Origin: Anthoceros angustus
Taxonomy: Eukaryota; Plantae; Anthocerotophyta
Assembly: GCA_010909165.1 (NCBI GenBank)
Contig: VJWM01000235.1
Span: 1-64,000, forward strand
Length of the DNA stretch: 64,000 bases
Direction: 5' to 3'
Shown here: one piece after another, positions 24,301 through 34,827 of the stretch
Position numbering within the stretch: position 1 is the stretch's first letter
Layout: every line of letters begins with the position of its first letter
Translations under genes and position numbers: made by a program
Notes under the pieces: generated by a model
The model's database searches: none
Seen by the model: the letters and a program-made list of their open reading frames with translations, nothing else
Told to the model about the DNA's origin: nothing

Positions 24301-25411
24301 CGGACCGTCATGAGCAATCTCAATGTTATGTGCATGCACATGACATTGATGCCACGAGCGGATCTAGACAATGAGTATCCATGAGAGGAAGGTGTTGTGT
24401 CGGACACGAACAGTTCCGGCCAAAGAATATCCATGAGAGAGAGAAGCTGTGTTGGATATAAGATTAGTGCATGTGATGCTGTAAACATAAAGAGAGAAAG
24501 TAAATTCATTCTACGCTGTACTTGGGTTACAACATGTCTTATAGTCACCCCTTACTCTTGGAGTATAGGGGTTGCCTAACTGAACTAGACTCATATTCTA
24601 ATACTCCCCCTCACGCCAAAGATGTTAGGCTTGCTTACTATCTTGGTAAGGGAGACCACTAATGCCTCGAAGAGCTCCGCAAGCTAAGTGTTTATCACGA
24701 GGCAGGCTCTTGGTCAGGATGTCTGCCTCCATAAGCTCTGTCGGACAGTACTCAAGACGTCACATTTCTCATGCACATAGTGGTACTTGAGATCAATGTG
24801 CTTGGACCTGGAACTGAATTTCGAGTTGCCGGCAAGAGCAAGGGCGGATTGGCTATCTATCTTGATGACCATTGGCTTCTCTTGCGTCATACCAAGTTCA
24901 TCAAGGAGTCGGACACAATCAACAACGCGCTAGGTAGCAAGTGTTGTGTGGATAAGGGACGGATGCTTTGACTCCTCTTCGGATCGATTAGCAAGAGGTT
25001 TTTCATTGTTTTGAGACTTTGTGTGGGAAATAAGGGGAAACGCGTGGATAATAAGGGTAATCCAGCTAGGCCGCGGCAGCTCCGATGTGGGTGAGGTCCG
25101 GGGAAATTCAGAAGGACGGCAGCAGGCCGCGAGGGAAGTGGACTCCGAAGTAACTCCGGAGGAACTCCAGAGTAGGTCCGGAGGAGGAACTCCAGAGGGG
25201 AAGGACAGGAGGAGGGGCCCTGGGTGATCCAGTGGTGTAGGACACAATTTTGGAAGGATGACACGTGGACGATGGCAGGGGGTTGTCTGACATGCAGCGA
25301 GCCAGAACCCCAAAATTGTTATAGCTATAACAAGGAAAACGGGTCTTTTACAACGGAAATTACAACGGCAATTACTACGACTTTACGCCGTCCGTTGTAA
25401 AACCCTCGTAG

Positions 25412-26465
25412 TAAACACACCTTAGTAATATCCGTAGTAAATATTCATACTAATTATCGAAGGCTATACCTTGTATTATATACTGGTATTGTCTGGTATC
25501 GTTATGCGACTTAAGCGGGTGGTCCGTATGGTGGTTAACCTTTACAACGCCTTTACTACGGACAATACTATGATGCACTTACAACGCGTTTTACAACTTC
25601 ACTAACCATAGTTAATATATTATAGTTAAGTAATCAAGGTTACTTGACTATAGTTTACTAACTAGGATTAAGTAATCTGTTACATGACCCCATCTTGATT
25701 GGTGTTAAGTAACCACGGTTAATTAAACTCAATGTTCTCTATAAAGAGCCGTACCTTGTTGTAAATGTCCGTTGTCAAGGTGCGTTCCCTTTACAACGGA
25801 CTTTTAAACCTCGATGTAAAGGGGTCGTTGTAATGTGTTAAACCTTTACAACGACCCTATTGTAAAGGAACCCAGTTGTAAAGGGTTCGTAGTAAAGAGC
25901 TATCCCTTTACAACGACCCTGTTGTAATGGAACCTCGTAAATAAACACACCTTAGTAATATCCGTAGTAAATATTCATACTAATTATCGAAGGCTATACC
26001 TTGTATTATATACTGGTATTGTCTGGTATCGTTATGCGACTTAAGCGGGTGGTCCGTATGGTGGTTAACCTTTACAACGGACGCCTTTACTACGGACAAT
26101 ACTACGATGCACTTACAACGCGTTTTACAACTTCACTAACCATAGTTAATATATTATAGTTAAGTAATCAAGGTTACTTGACTATAGTTTACTAACTAGG
26201 ATTAAGTAATCTGTTACATGACCCCATCTTGATTGGTGTTAAGTAACCACGGTTAATTAAACTCAATGGTCTCTATAAAGAGCCGTACCTTGTTGTAAAT
26301 GTCCGTTGTCAAGGTGCGTTCCCTTTACGGACTTTTAAACCTCGATGTAAAGGGGTCGTTGTAAATGTGTTAAACCTTTACAACGACCCCTTATAAAGGA
26401 ACCCAGTTGTAAAGGGTTCGTAGTAAAAGCTATCCCTTTACGACCCTGTTGTAATGGAACCTCGT
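25412..26465. repeat. Tandem duplication, 2 x ~530 bp, of the CACTA left subterminal region
   Basis: TAAACACACCTTAG starts at 25412 and 25942. Confidence 0.95.
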
Positions 26466-26971
26466 TGTAAAGTAATGGGTTTAGGATTAGTGTCCTTGTA
26501 AAAGTGTTGTGTGTGAACTAAAACCGATTCGATGTAAATCTACGGAGGTCTCTTGTATAAACATCCACCTACAGCACCCAAAACGTCACCTACAACCCCA
26601 CTAGGACCATTCGCCACAATCACGCATACAAATCTAATCGCAAGAAGGTAAACCATTTCCGAATTGTTTGGGAGAAGACAGCCCGCAACATGGCCTACAT
26701 CCTACAATTCACCGAATTCACGTCCTTGGCCTCCACCACACAGCAGCCTAAGCAGGCCTGAAGACAGAGTCCATCTGCAGGAAGACATCCCATCACGATA
26801 TCAGCACAAACAATTGCTGTGCATTCGGCTACAAAATGTTTGACTGGATGTAGGAGTCGAATAACCTGAGCTAAGAAGTTGCTTCCTTAGCCTTCCTTGC
26901 AACGGTTCGGGGAAGAAGGTGCTCCACCATGAACCCTTCATCACGGACCTTCTTATGCAAGATTGCTTCCA

Positions 26972-27480
26972 TCACCTTTTCATCACATTCCCCACATGTA
27001 TCCGCCTCATGCAGAGGTTCCAGACATTGGTACATATCCGACTTCCGTCAGTCTTTTGAGGACCCAAAGATGGAGCTGCGGTTTCACTTTCCTTCCAATA
27101 AGCTCTAAGCTTTGTCGCCCGTTCCATGCCCGGATCCCACATACTTAATCTCTTCAAAGGTGGCCTGTCTATCAAACTGGCTTTGAACTCTCCATGAACC
27201 GCTTTTGCCCTCCAAACCCAAAGCATGAATATGGCTTCGTCACATTTTTCCTCATTGTAAGGCGAGCTTCTGCTATTAGGAGCAATGACACCGCCTAGCT
27301 TGTCCTTCTCTTGTTTCAATAGAACATCCCAATACTCGTTTAAGGCTCTTAGGTGTACTTGACGCAAGCTTTCTTGCCCTTCAAGAAATGCCTAGCCTCC
27401 TTCCTCAAGTTGTTCTTCCAATGCCTCAAGCCCGAGCCGATCCGAGCCACAACACGTTGAAACGTCCATGGACCGATATG
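26972..27480 (-). pseudogene. Possible TnpA/Ptta-like remnant inside the CACTA
   Basis: ARIGSGLRHWKNNLRK and LRAYWKESE resemble TnpA-type segments; resemblance only. Confidence 0.35.
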
Positions 27481-29720
27481 GTCCTAATTGTGCTTTCCAC
27501 AAGAAGGACATCAACATCGAATGTTCCAAATCACCAACAAAGGTTGCATAAATGACGAATGGCGAAGTGCACCCGATCCTTCATTGGAAACCAAGATGGC
27601 GAGTCTCGAGAATATAGCACATAGCCGAAAAAGCATGATCGGATGGATATGAATAGGGCAATCACGAAAAATAAGGCTGGACATCTAAACCTAAGGACTT
27701 TCGGGCGAAATACATGTTACCAAGGCTTGATTTATGTGTCCGAGCTACAACTTTGTAGCTTAGACCGAATTGCCACAAGACTACTCGGAAAAAATAAGCA
27801 TCACGCTTACGATTCATGCAAATGAGAAAGGAGAACCTCATGCCGTAAGTCCCAAATCCTCTTTCGTTTTCTACTGTTCCGCTTGTTGCCCTTCAACTCA
27901 TCATCAAAACACGCTGCAGGAATTTCAATACCATCCCCAACATGGGCATCAACGGGAGATGCCCAAATTCGAGGACATGCTCTTGCCCTCTTGTACGGTG
28001 CATCCTCGTCCTCTCGCACAGTGTGGGATGAACGGATCCTTGGGGTGCTCGGGACCTGGCGTCGACCCTAGCACGGTACATCCCGTTAGCAATCTCACCT
28101 TGGTTTAGGGGAGCACAAGCATTTCCTCCGAATTATCACTCGAGACTTCCCTCGGCTAGTGCTTTTTGAGGAGTGCATGTCCCGCCCTTGCTAGCATGCG
28201 GACACATTTGAACCTCCAATCGATCATCGCAAACCGACGGCGGATCTCCTGTCTTGACCTCTTCCCAACCTCGCCTCCTTGTTCCCTTCGTGAGTGTGCT
28301 TTTGTCGTAGGCTGCAAAACTCGGACTTGCAATGTGTTCATCGGCAATCGCCTTTGAGATTCCGGTCCACATGGCATAGACCCATCCCGCATGTGTGCCT
28401 TACATTTTGACATCCCAAAGGGATGGTCCATGTTATCAAGCGAATGGACGTCTTCTAATGCCCACGCATCGACGCCCCAAAGCCATCTTCGTCGTCATCA
28501 TCTTGGATCTTGTGTTTGCTCACCGCAGCCGTCAAAACCCTCTCCGCCTGCCTCGATTTTTGTGGGTTTGTGGTCTGCAGACACCATGCCAGCTCACCCT
28601 TGATGCGCTTGGACCGTCTGTCCCACCTCGAGCTGCCCTCCCAAGCCCATCCATGCCACAGTCTCCAAGCTCGTATTGTTGACCGTCCTTTTGTTGCACC
28701 TTGCCGCCACGCGCCCCGTCCATCCTTCCCATGCCGAGTATGTTGAAGACCGCACGGCTCGGGTCGCCTCACCATGTGCTTGCGTCCTAGATTTCTTCAC
28801 CGTCGTCCACTTGCCTTTCGGTGTTGGGGGCCGGCCCTAAAATCAGTAGTAGCCAAGTTCTGTTCTTTACAACCAGCGTTGGGTCCAATGCACCATCCTC
28901 CCGTAGCCTCGATGCATCCCGGCGCAAAAGCGCCGCTGGCGCCGTGTCTCGGGTCCTTCTCGCACGACAAGCAATCTTCACGGCTAATGGCATCGCAACC
29001 CATTGTTGGTTGTGAAGAACAGAGCTCAATCAAGGCATGAGCAGAACAACGCTCCAAAGAACACACGGTAAAACAACCCCTACCCCTCACCTTGACAAAG
29101 CTCGTCAGGAACCACAACATCGCCGATGTCGTGCTGCAACACCTGCCAGAAACCGGCTTACTCAACTGCTGGAGACGAGGTTTCATGACACTTATTGTTT
29201 TTTGAACACGGTAGGTTCTATCCCGCGCAACTTTGCCGCTAGTATTCGAAGTCCAAATCGCTTGCATGGTGCTCTTGTAATGTGAACACGGCCTCTGGGT
29301 AGACGTAATTACCGCCTGCATTTCCAACCATTTATAGCCAATTACTTCCTTGGGTTTCGGTAAACCCTGATATGGTAAACCAGGGTTTCCCGAGACCCCG
29401 GCCCCAAAACCCAAGGACATATTACTTTGAATGAAAGTGTCCTTGGGTTTCGAAACCCGGGTTTACAGTTAACCCGGGTTTCAAACCCAAGTACACTTTG
29501 TAAACCCGGGTTAACCTATAATCCCGGATTACGATACCCAAGGATACTTTTGAAAACCCGGATTTCATTCGGTCAGAGATTTCATCAAGGACACATTGCA
29601 ATTTTGTCAGAGATTTCGTCAAGGATTCCAATTGACCACTTGAGTTGATGTCGAGTTTTGGGACTTGTCATTTTCGGAACATGACTTCCGGCCGGTGCAC
29701 TTCAGCATGCGGGAATTTGA

Positions 29721-30114
29721 ACTCGATATGCGCCCACACGTGGCAACCATCCATTTGTCCCAGTTGGCAATATAAGGAGGCACAGCCTCCAAGGCACTCC
29801 AATGGTTTCTGATTTGCCTTGCTGACCGATTCCTCAGGCGGTTTGCGATCAAAGCTATTGTCCGTTTGCCATTGAAGTTTGTGCTACCGCTTTCTTGGCC
29901 TTTGATTTTGCCGCCGCACTGCAACTCGATGCGCCCTGCGTGGCAACCATCCATTTGTCCCGATTGGCAATATAAGGAGGCCTGACCTCAAGGCACTCAA
30001 TGGTTTCGATTTGCCTTGCGATTCCTCAGCGGTTTGCGATCAAAGCTATTGTCCGTTTGCCATTGAAGTTTGTGCGCGCTTTCTTGGCCTTTGATTTTGC
30101 CGCACTGCAACTCG
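29721..30114. repeat. Tandem duplication, 2 x ~200 bp, inside the CACTA
   Basis: Second copy (29924-30114) carries many 1-4 nt deletions relative to the first. Confidence 0.95.
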
Positions 30115-30159
30115 GGTGATGATAACACTTTGTCAACACTTGGTTTGTAGCAGCTTCCG

Positions 30160-30558
30160 GTGAGGTATGCAGAAGAACGGAAGCGCCAAGCTATGGCTTT
30201 CAACACTGGACATGGTATTCCGATTTTCGAGGACGACCAGAAAGAACTGTCAATCCTAATTGACAAGCCCGACTCCCTTTCTCACAAGTACTTGTGGCGT
30301 CTGATGCGGCTGGTGTATAAGCACCTTGACAAGCTAGAGCGCGTGCATAAGGAGGTGCAGAGGTTTGCCCAGCGGACGGATGTTCCGGAAGGGGAGGCTG
30401 GTGGATGGAAGCCAGAGGATTTCCACAATTACCACCTTCTTGTGGCAGAATTGGAGAAGGCTGTGGGCATTGAGGAGAACGGAATTGAGCGTGTAATTGG
30501 AGAGGGTGAGGCGGCGTGTCGCAAATGGGGACCCTCACGCATCCGCATCAGCCCGTAG
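30160..30558 (+). CDS. Uninterrupted 132-aa ORF of unknown function in the CACTA
   Basis: Protein-like, helical-looking composition; GTG start (ATG at codon 12); no recognised motif. Confidence 0.35.
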   Translation: MRYAEERKRQAMAFNTGHGIPIFEDDQKELSILIDKPDSLSHKYLWRLMRLVYKHLDKLERVHKEVQRFAQRTDVPEGEAGGWKPEDFHNYHLLVAELEKAVGIEENGIERVIGEGEAACRKWGPSRIRISP

Positions 30559-33061
30559 AGTTGGGATTAAAAGAACCATGTAATGCCCTGTTGGTTATGG
30601 GCATTAGAGAAATGGTTTTTGATGACCAATGCAAACGAGGAGCCAGAGTGTAATGTCTCCTAATAAATTCATCATCTCTCATTCCAATAAATCGTGCCAA
30701 TACCCTTGACCCTCGTTGTAAACTACTGTCCTCCTTAGTAACCGGCTTGTTGTTGTAAGGTTTGTATGCCTATGTTGTAAACGCCCCCATTATAAAATCT
30801 AACGTCCCGTTGTAAACCACGCACCGTTGTAACCAGACTATGATCCGTTGTAAACCCTAATCGTTGTAAACCACACTTGGGTGGTTTTACAACAGTAGTC
30901 GTAGTAACTGAACATCTAATTTTGAAAAGTCCTAGCTAAAATCGGTTTGTGTTGTAACCCAGAAGAGCCCTCGTTGTAAAATCGCTTTCGTTATGCCACG
31001 TCATATGAAAAACCCGTGGCTAAATCCCCCCCATAGTAAATCACCAGAACCTCTGTAGTAAAGCGAATGGCTATACGTGAAAATAATACTTGAACCATGA
31101 ACACTCGTTGTAAAATGAAACTTGCCTGAAATCTCTCCTCGCTCTAAAAAATAGCCACTAGTAAAAGACCCATTTTCCTAGTAGTGTAGGCAAGTAGTCA
31201 CGACCCAAGGATATGGGCCAAGAAGACGACAGGCGTGAAGCTGCGGTACAAGATGCAGAGAGGTGGCAGTGACTGGCAACGATAGGACATCTTCCCGCGC
31301 GTCGATTACGCCTATCGCATTGTAGCTGAGAGAAGAACACCTCCCGACACGGCGTCTTGGCAGTTTTCTCAGTCTCTCGCGCTTAGACACCTAGCCCTCT
31401 GGCGCTCCTTCTTCCACAGCTCGAGCGCAGCATTCCGGAGAACTCGCCTCGGCTCGGCGCGCTGTTTCCCTTGGAGCCTAAGGACGCGACGGGTTGCGTC
31501 GATGCCGGGGCTACTCCAGCAGCAAGATGAGCAACGAGAAGGCATGGCTCCCAAGAAGGCGGCGGAGGTTTTGGAGCCGTGGACGCTGGTGGAGAAGAAC
31601 ATCGTCACCAGGCACTATCCCGACTTCTGCCCCTGGCTCAAAGTGGCGGGTGAGCTCGTCTAGGAGTGGCACTTGGACATCTTCCAGGTGGTCTGGACGT
31701 ATGATAGCGTAGCCCTGGTCCGGGAGTGTACGCTCGGAAGATGCTGGTGGCGGCGAACAAGACCATCCGATCGAAGAGCCTGAGGGAGGACCCTAGGCGT
31801 TGGACAGTGGAGGTACTTAGCGCGCAGTGAACCTCTGGGCTGGCATGCGACGAGATTCCTATTGCCTATTCCTGTACACTTCAATTGGAAACCTTCGAAT
31901 TCTGGTGCGGAAATGTCATGGGGAGGCTCGCCCATCCCAGCGCTCAATGCAGCAGGCTGATGGGGGTCAAATTCATGTTCTAACCATCCGTGAGAAGGGC
32001 ATCCGAGGCTAGGACATCTGCAATTAAGATTGGGGTGAAGATGATTAATCAGGCACGAAGGATTATGGGCTTGGGCGGCTTTGGAGTGGCGCTGCACAAT
32101 GAAATTGTTGAGAAGCAAGGCCAAAACATCGGGCCGCGATAAGCTCCGCATCCACCGAGGTACTGATGACAGGCCAAAATTTACAAAATTCATGGGGCGT
32201 CTTCGACGGTGGTGTCATCCATAGTGTGGCGCTTGTGAACGCTGCCCTCGGGCTCTTGAGCATGAGCGCCTGGCCATGGAGAAGAGCAAGGAACTTGATG
32301 GTGTAGGAGAGAAGAGGCAAAATGCCTCTCTTCCATCCTTGGAGGCATAGTAAGGGATCGAGCTAGTGGCCCATCAAATCACGAGATTTGAAGGGGTCTA
32401 AGGAATTAAGGAGGTAAGTCCACCCTAACCAAACTGACTATTATGCTTAATTGCTAAGCCTAATTTCTTAGACAAATTGCTTGGCCTAGTTGCTAAGCCA
32501 TTTGATGTGGATGCTTAGACTCATGTGAGTGCGTGGGCAAAGACACAGGGATGCTATATTCAGGACATGGTCGTAGCATCCAAAAGGATGGGTGTAGTCA
32601 ATCCATTCTGCCTACCAAAAAAGGTTGACAATGGTCTCGATCCATACCAAAAAAGGTTGACAATGGTCTCGATCCATAGTCTAACGTAGAGTTGGATCAT
32701 CTTCTACCAAGGTAAGTGTACGCATTAGATCTAGCCATTAGGAGCGCATCGTGGTGCTCTGATACCATATGAGATTAGTGGACGTGATGCTGTAAACATA
32801 AAGAGAGAAAGTAAATTCATTCCAGGTTGTACTAGGGTTACAACTTATCTTAGAGTCACCCCGAAAGGGTGTTACTCTTGGAGTGTAGGGGTTGCCTAAC
32901 CAAACTAGATTGATAATCTAATATTGGACAATGAGTATGAATTTCATGAGAGAGAACTTGGAGCAAGGTGTGTCACACAAGGGTTTAGGACGAGACGAGC
33001 CGAGTTACTCTGTTAGTACAATTCCAAAGACAGAAAGTTAGTCTTAGTTCGTAAGTAAGTT

Positions 33062-33063
<2 letters not shown>

Positions 33064-33112
<49 letters not shown>
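33064..33112. repeat. (TA)24 microsatellite
   Basis: Read directly. Confidence 0.98.
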
Positions 33113-33114
<2 letters not shown>

Positions 33115-33342
33115 TTGATCATGTCTATATAAAAGGTAATTTCCCACATCACAATGCTATATTAATGAATGTGTCATAAAAGGGACTGCGTTCTAGTGGT
33201 GATGGGTGCATTTTGGTACTGAAAGCCAACCAAGAGAGGATAAGCTACAAACCGAAGAATGTCATCAACAATCACAACCAAGAACTTAAAATCCAAACTA
33301 TTATTGTCAAAAGAACGCTAGCGCTAACGGCTTCATCCATAA

Positions 33343-33600
33343 AATCATTCTGTGGGAATGAGTGAGTTCTACACGTTTGCATATATGGACTGACACTACT
33401 ACTGTGTATTTCCCCTCCCTATCAATCATTATGTGGGAATGAGTGAGAGTTTTATGCGTTTGTATGTATGACGGACAGTGTTGTATACTTCCCCTTGAAC
33501 TTAATCATTCTGTGGGAATGTCCAAGTTCTATATGTACGTTGTATATATGGAATGACACCACTAGTACTGTGTACTTCTTCTTCCTATCAATCACACATT
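33343..33600. repeat. Three imperfect ~80-bp tandem repeats
   Basis: Each begins AATCATT.TGTGGGAATG. Confidence 0.85.
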
Positions 33601-33924
33601 TAGTGTGTATTAACCTAAATCATTTGACCATCCTGAGTTCCATGTCGGACAGCGCATCCTATTGTGTACTTCTCCTTCCTCTCCGACACACATGGAACGT
33701 GTTTTAACCTAATTCCTCTAACCCTCCCAAGTTCCATGTTGATTAACGCATCCGCAGTGCCGCCGAACTTCCAGTTGACACCTAGTCATCCTGCCTTCAA
33801 TATTTAGCACCGTATAGAGTACTCAGCTTATGACCAACTCCATTTCGCACAACAATTTACGTCGGCTATATCTTTGGAGTTCAATTTGTAAGTCTTTTGG
33901 AGAGTTATTACAATGTCACACGAA

Positions 33925-34027
33925 GACAAACATCAATGAAGTATCAAGATTGAACTAGAATTCGAGAATGGCCCGACAAACATCAATGAAGTATCAAGAT
34001 TGAACTAGAATTCGAGAATGGCCCGAC
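33925..34027. repeat. Perfect 50-bp tandem duplication
   Basis: GACAAACATC...GAATGGCCC x2. Confidence 0.95.
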
Positions 34028-34827
34028 GGATGTAAGTCTGGTCTGTGAGAATGTTCTGCGGAAGAAAATATTTTTGCATATCATTGTCGTTGTGTATGTT
34101 TGGAAACCTTGAATTTTTGTGAAAATGTTATCGTTTCCAAGCTTTTTCCAAGGAGTTGTCAAAACAGCCATGCAGAGTTGATGGGATAGCCTTACCCCCT
34201 TCTTCTCAAGTCACCCATGCTGGAACATGATTCCCCTCACGTGAATTAGTTTGTATAATCCTTTTGCTCCGGAGTTGTGCATATCAATTGGTGCGAACGT
34301 CATCCATAGCGGCATAGTAATCTATCTACGACGTCTATCAGCCATCTCCCCACAACATGGAACAATACGCATAGAAGGCAAACACAGCAATGTGCCAAGC
34401 CGGCAGCCAGGTGTCCACTTTTAGGGGAAAACGCATTCCTGGAATAAGGAGTAATGAAAGGCGAGGCTCCTGCATGCTGTTGCTGGCGGGAAGAGAGCGT
34501 GCAGCGAGCGCGGCTTGCTCTTCGTTGAAGGGCAGGTCTACAGCGATAGGGGACAAATTGTGATCACGCTCTGAAGCTCTCAAGTATCCGGGGACCGGTG
34601 CTGAAGGTGAGAGGGTGCCTGACGTCGTTTTGGGTTCCTGTACAGTCCGCCGCCGTCAGGCTCCACTTCGAGTTTTAGCCTGCTGCTGCTGCGCATGCAC
34701 CCTGGCAGGCCGCAGGGCTGGATAGCTTCTCTCACAGCTGCCATTGCGTCACCTTCTGTGTGCTGCCTGTAGTCCTGCTCACTTTCAACTGGCGTGTCTC
34801 AGGCTTTGCTGCAGGTGTTCAGTCTCC

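Larger units (their letters stand above)
25325..31186. mobile_element. CACTA (En/Spm) DNA transposon, non-autonomous/degenerate
   Basis: Right TIR 31162-31186 (rc CACTACTAGGAAAATGGGTCTTTTA); matching left remnant AGGAAAACGGGTCTTTTA at 25333-25350. 3-bp TSD TAG (25322-25324, 31187-31189). Dense TTACAACG/CGTTGTAA subterminal repeats at both ends. Confidence 0.88.
24457..32923 (-). mobile_element. Non-autonomous Copia LTR retrotransposon with short LTRs, interrupted by a CACTA
   Basis: 3' LTR 24457-24603, 5' LTR 32768-32923, tRNA-Met PBS (TGGTATCAGAGC) 32756-32767, PPT TGAGGGGGAG 24604-24613, RNase H tail (SKHIDLKYHYV, ADILTKSL) about 24620-24900, TSD TTGGA at 24452-24456 and 32924-32928. Confidence 0.92.

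Noticed and set aside
28136-28600. CACTA TnpD (Transposase_21) remnant
   Set aside because: Only scattered residues (DGF, YD, CP) match; not enough to call.
34744-34827. N-terminal extension of DRM from the TTG start in the ORF track
   Set aside because: Non-ATG start; TGCAG at about 34810-34814 looks like a 5' UTR intron acceptor just before the ATG at 34828.
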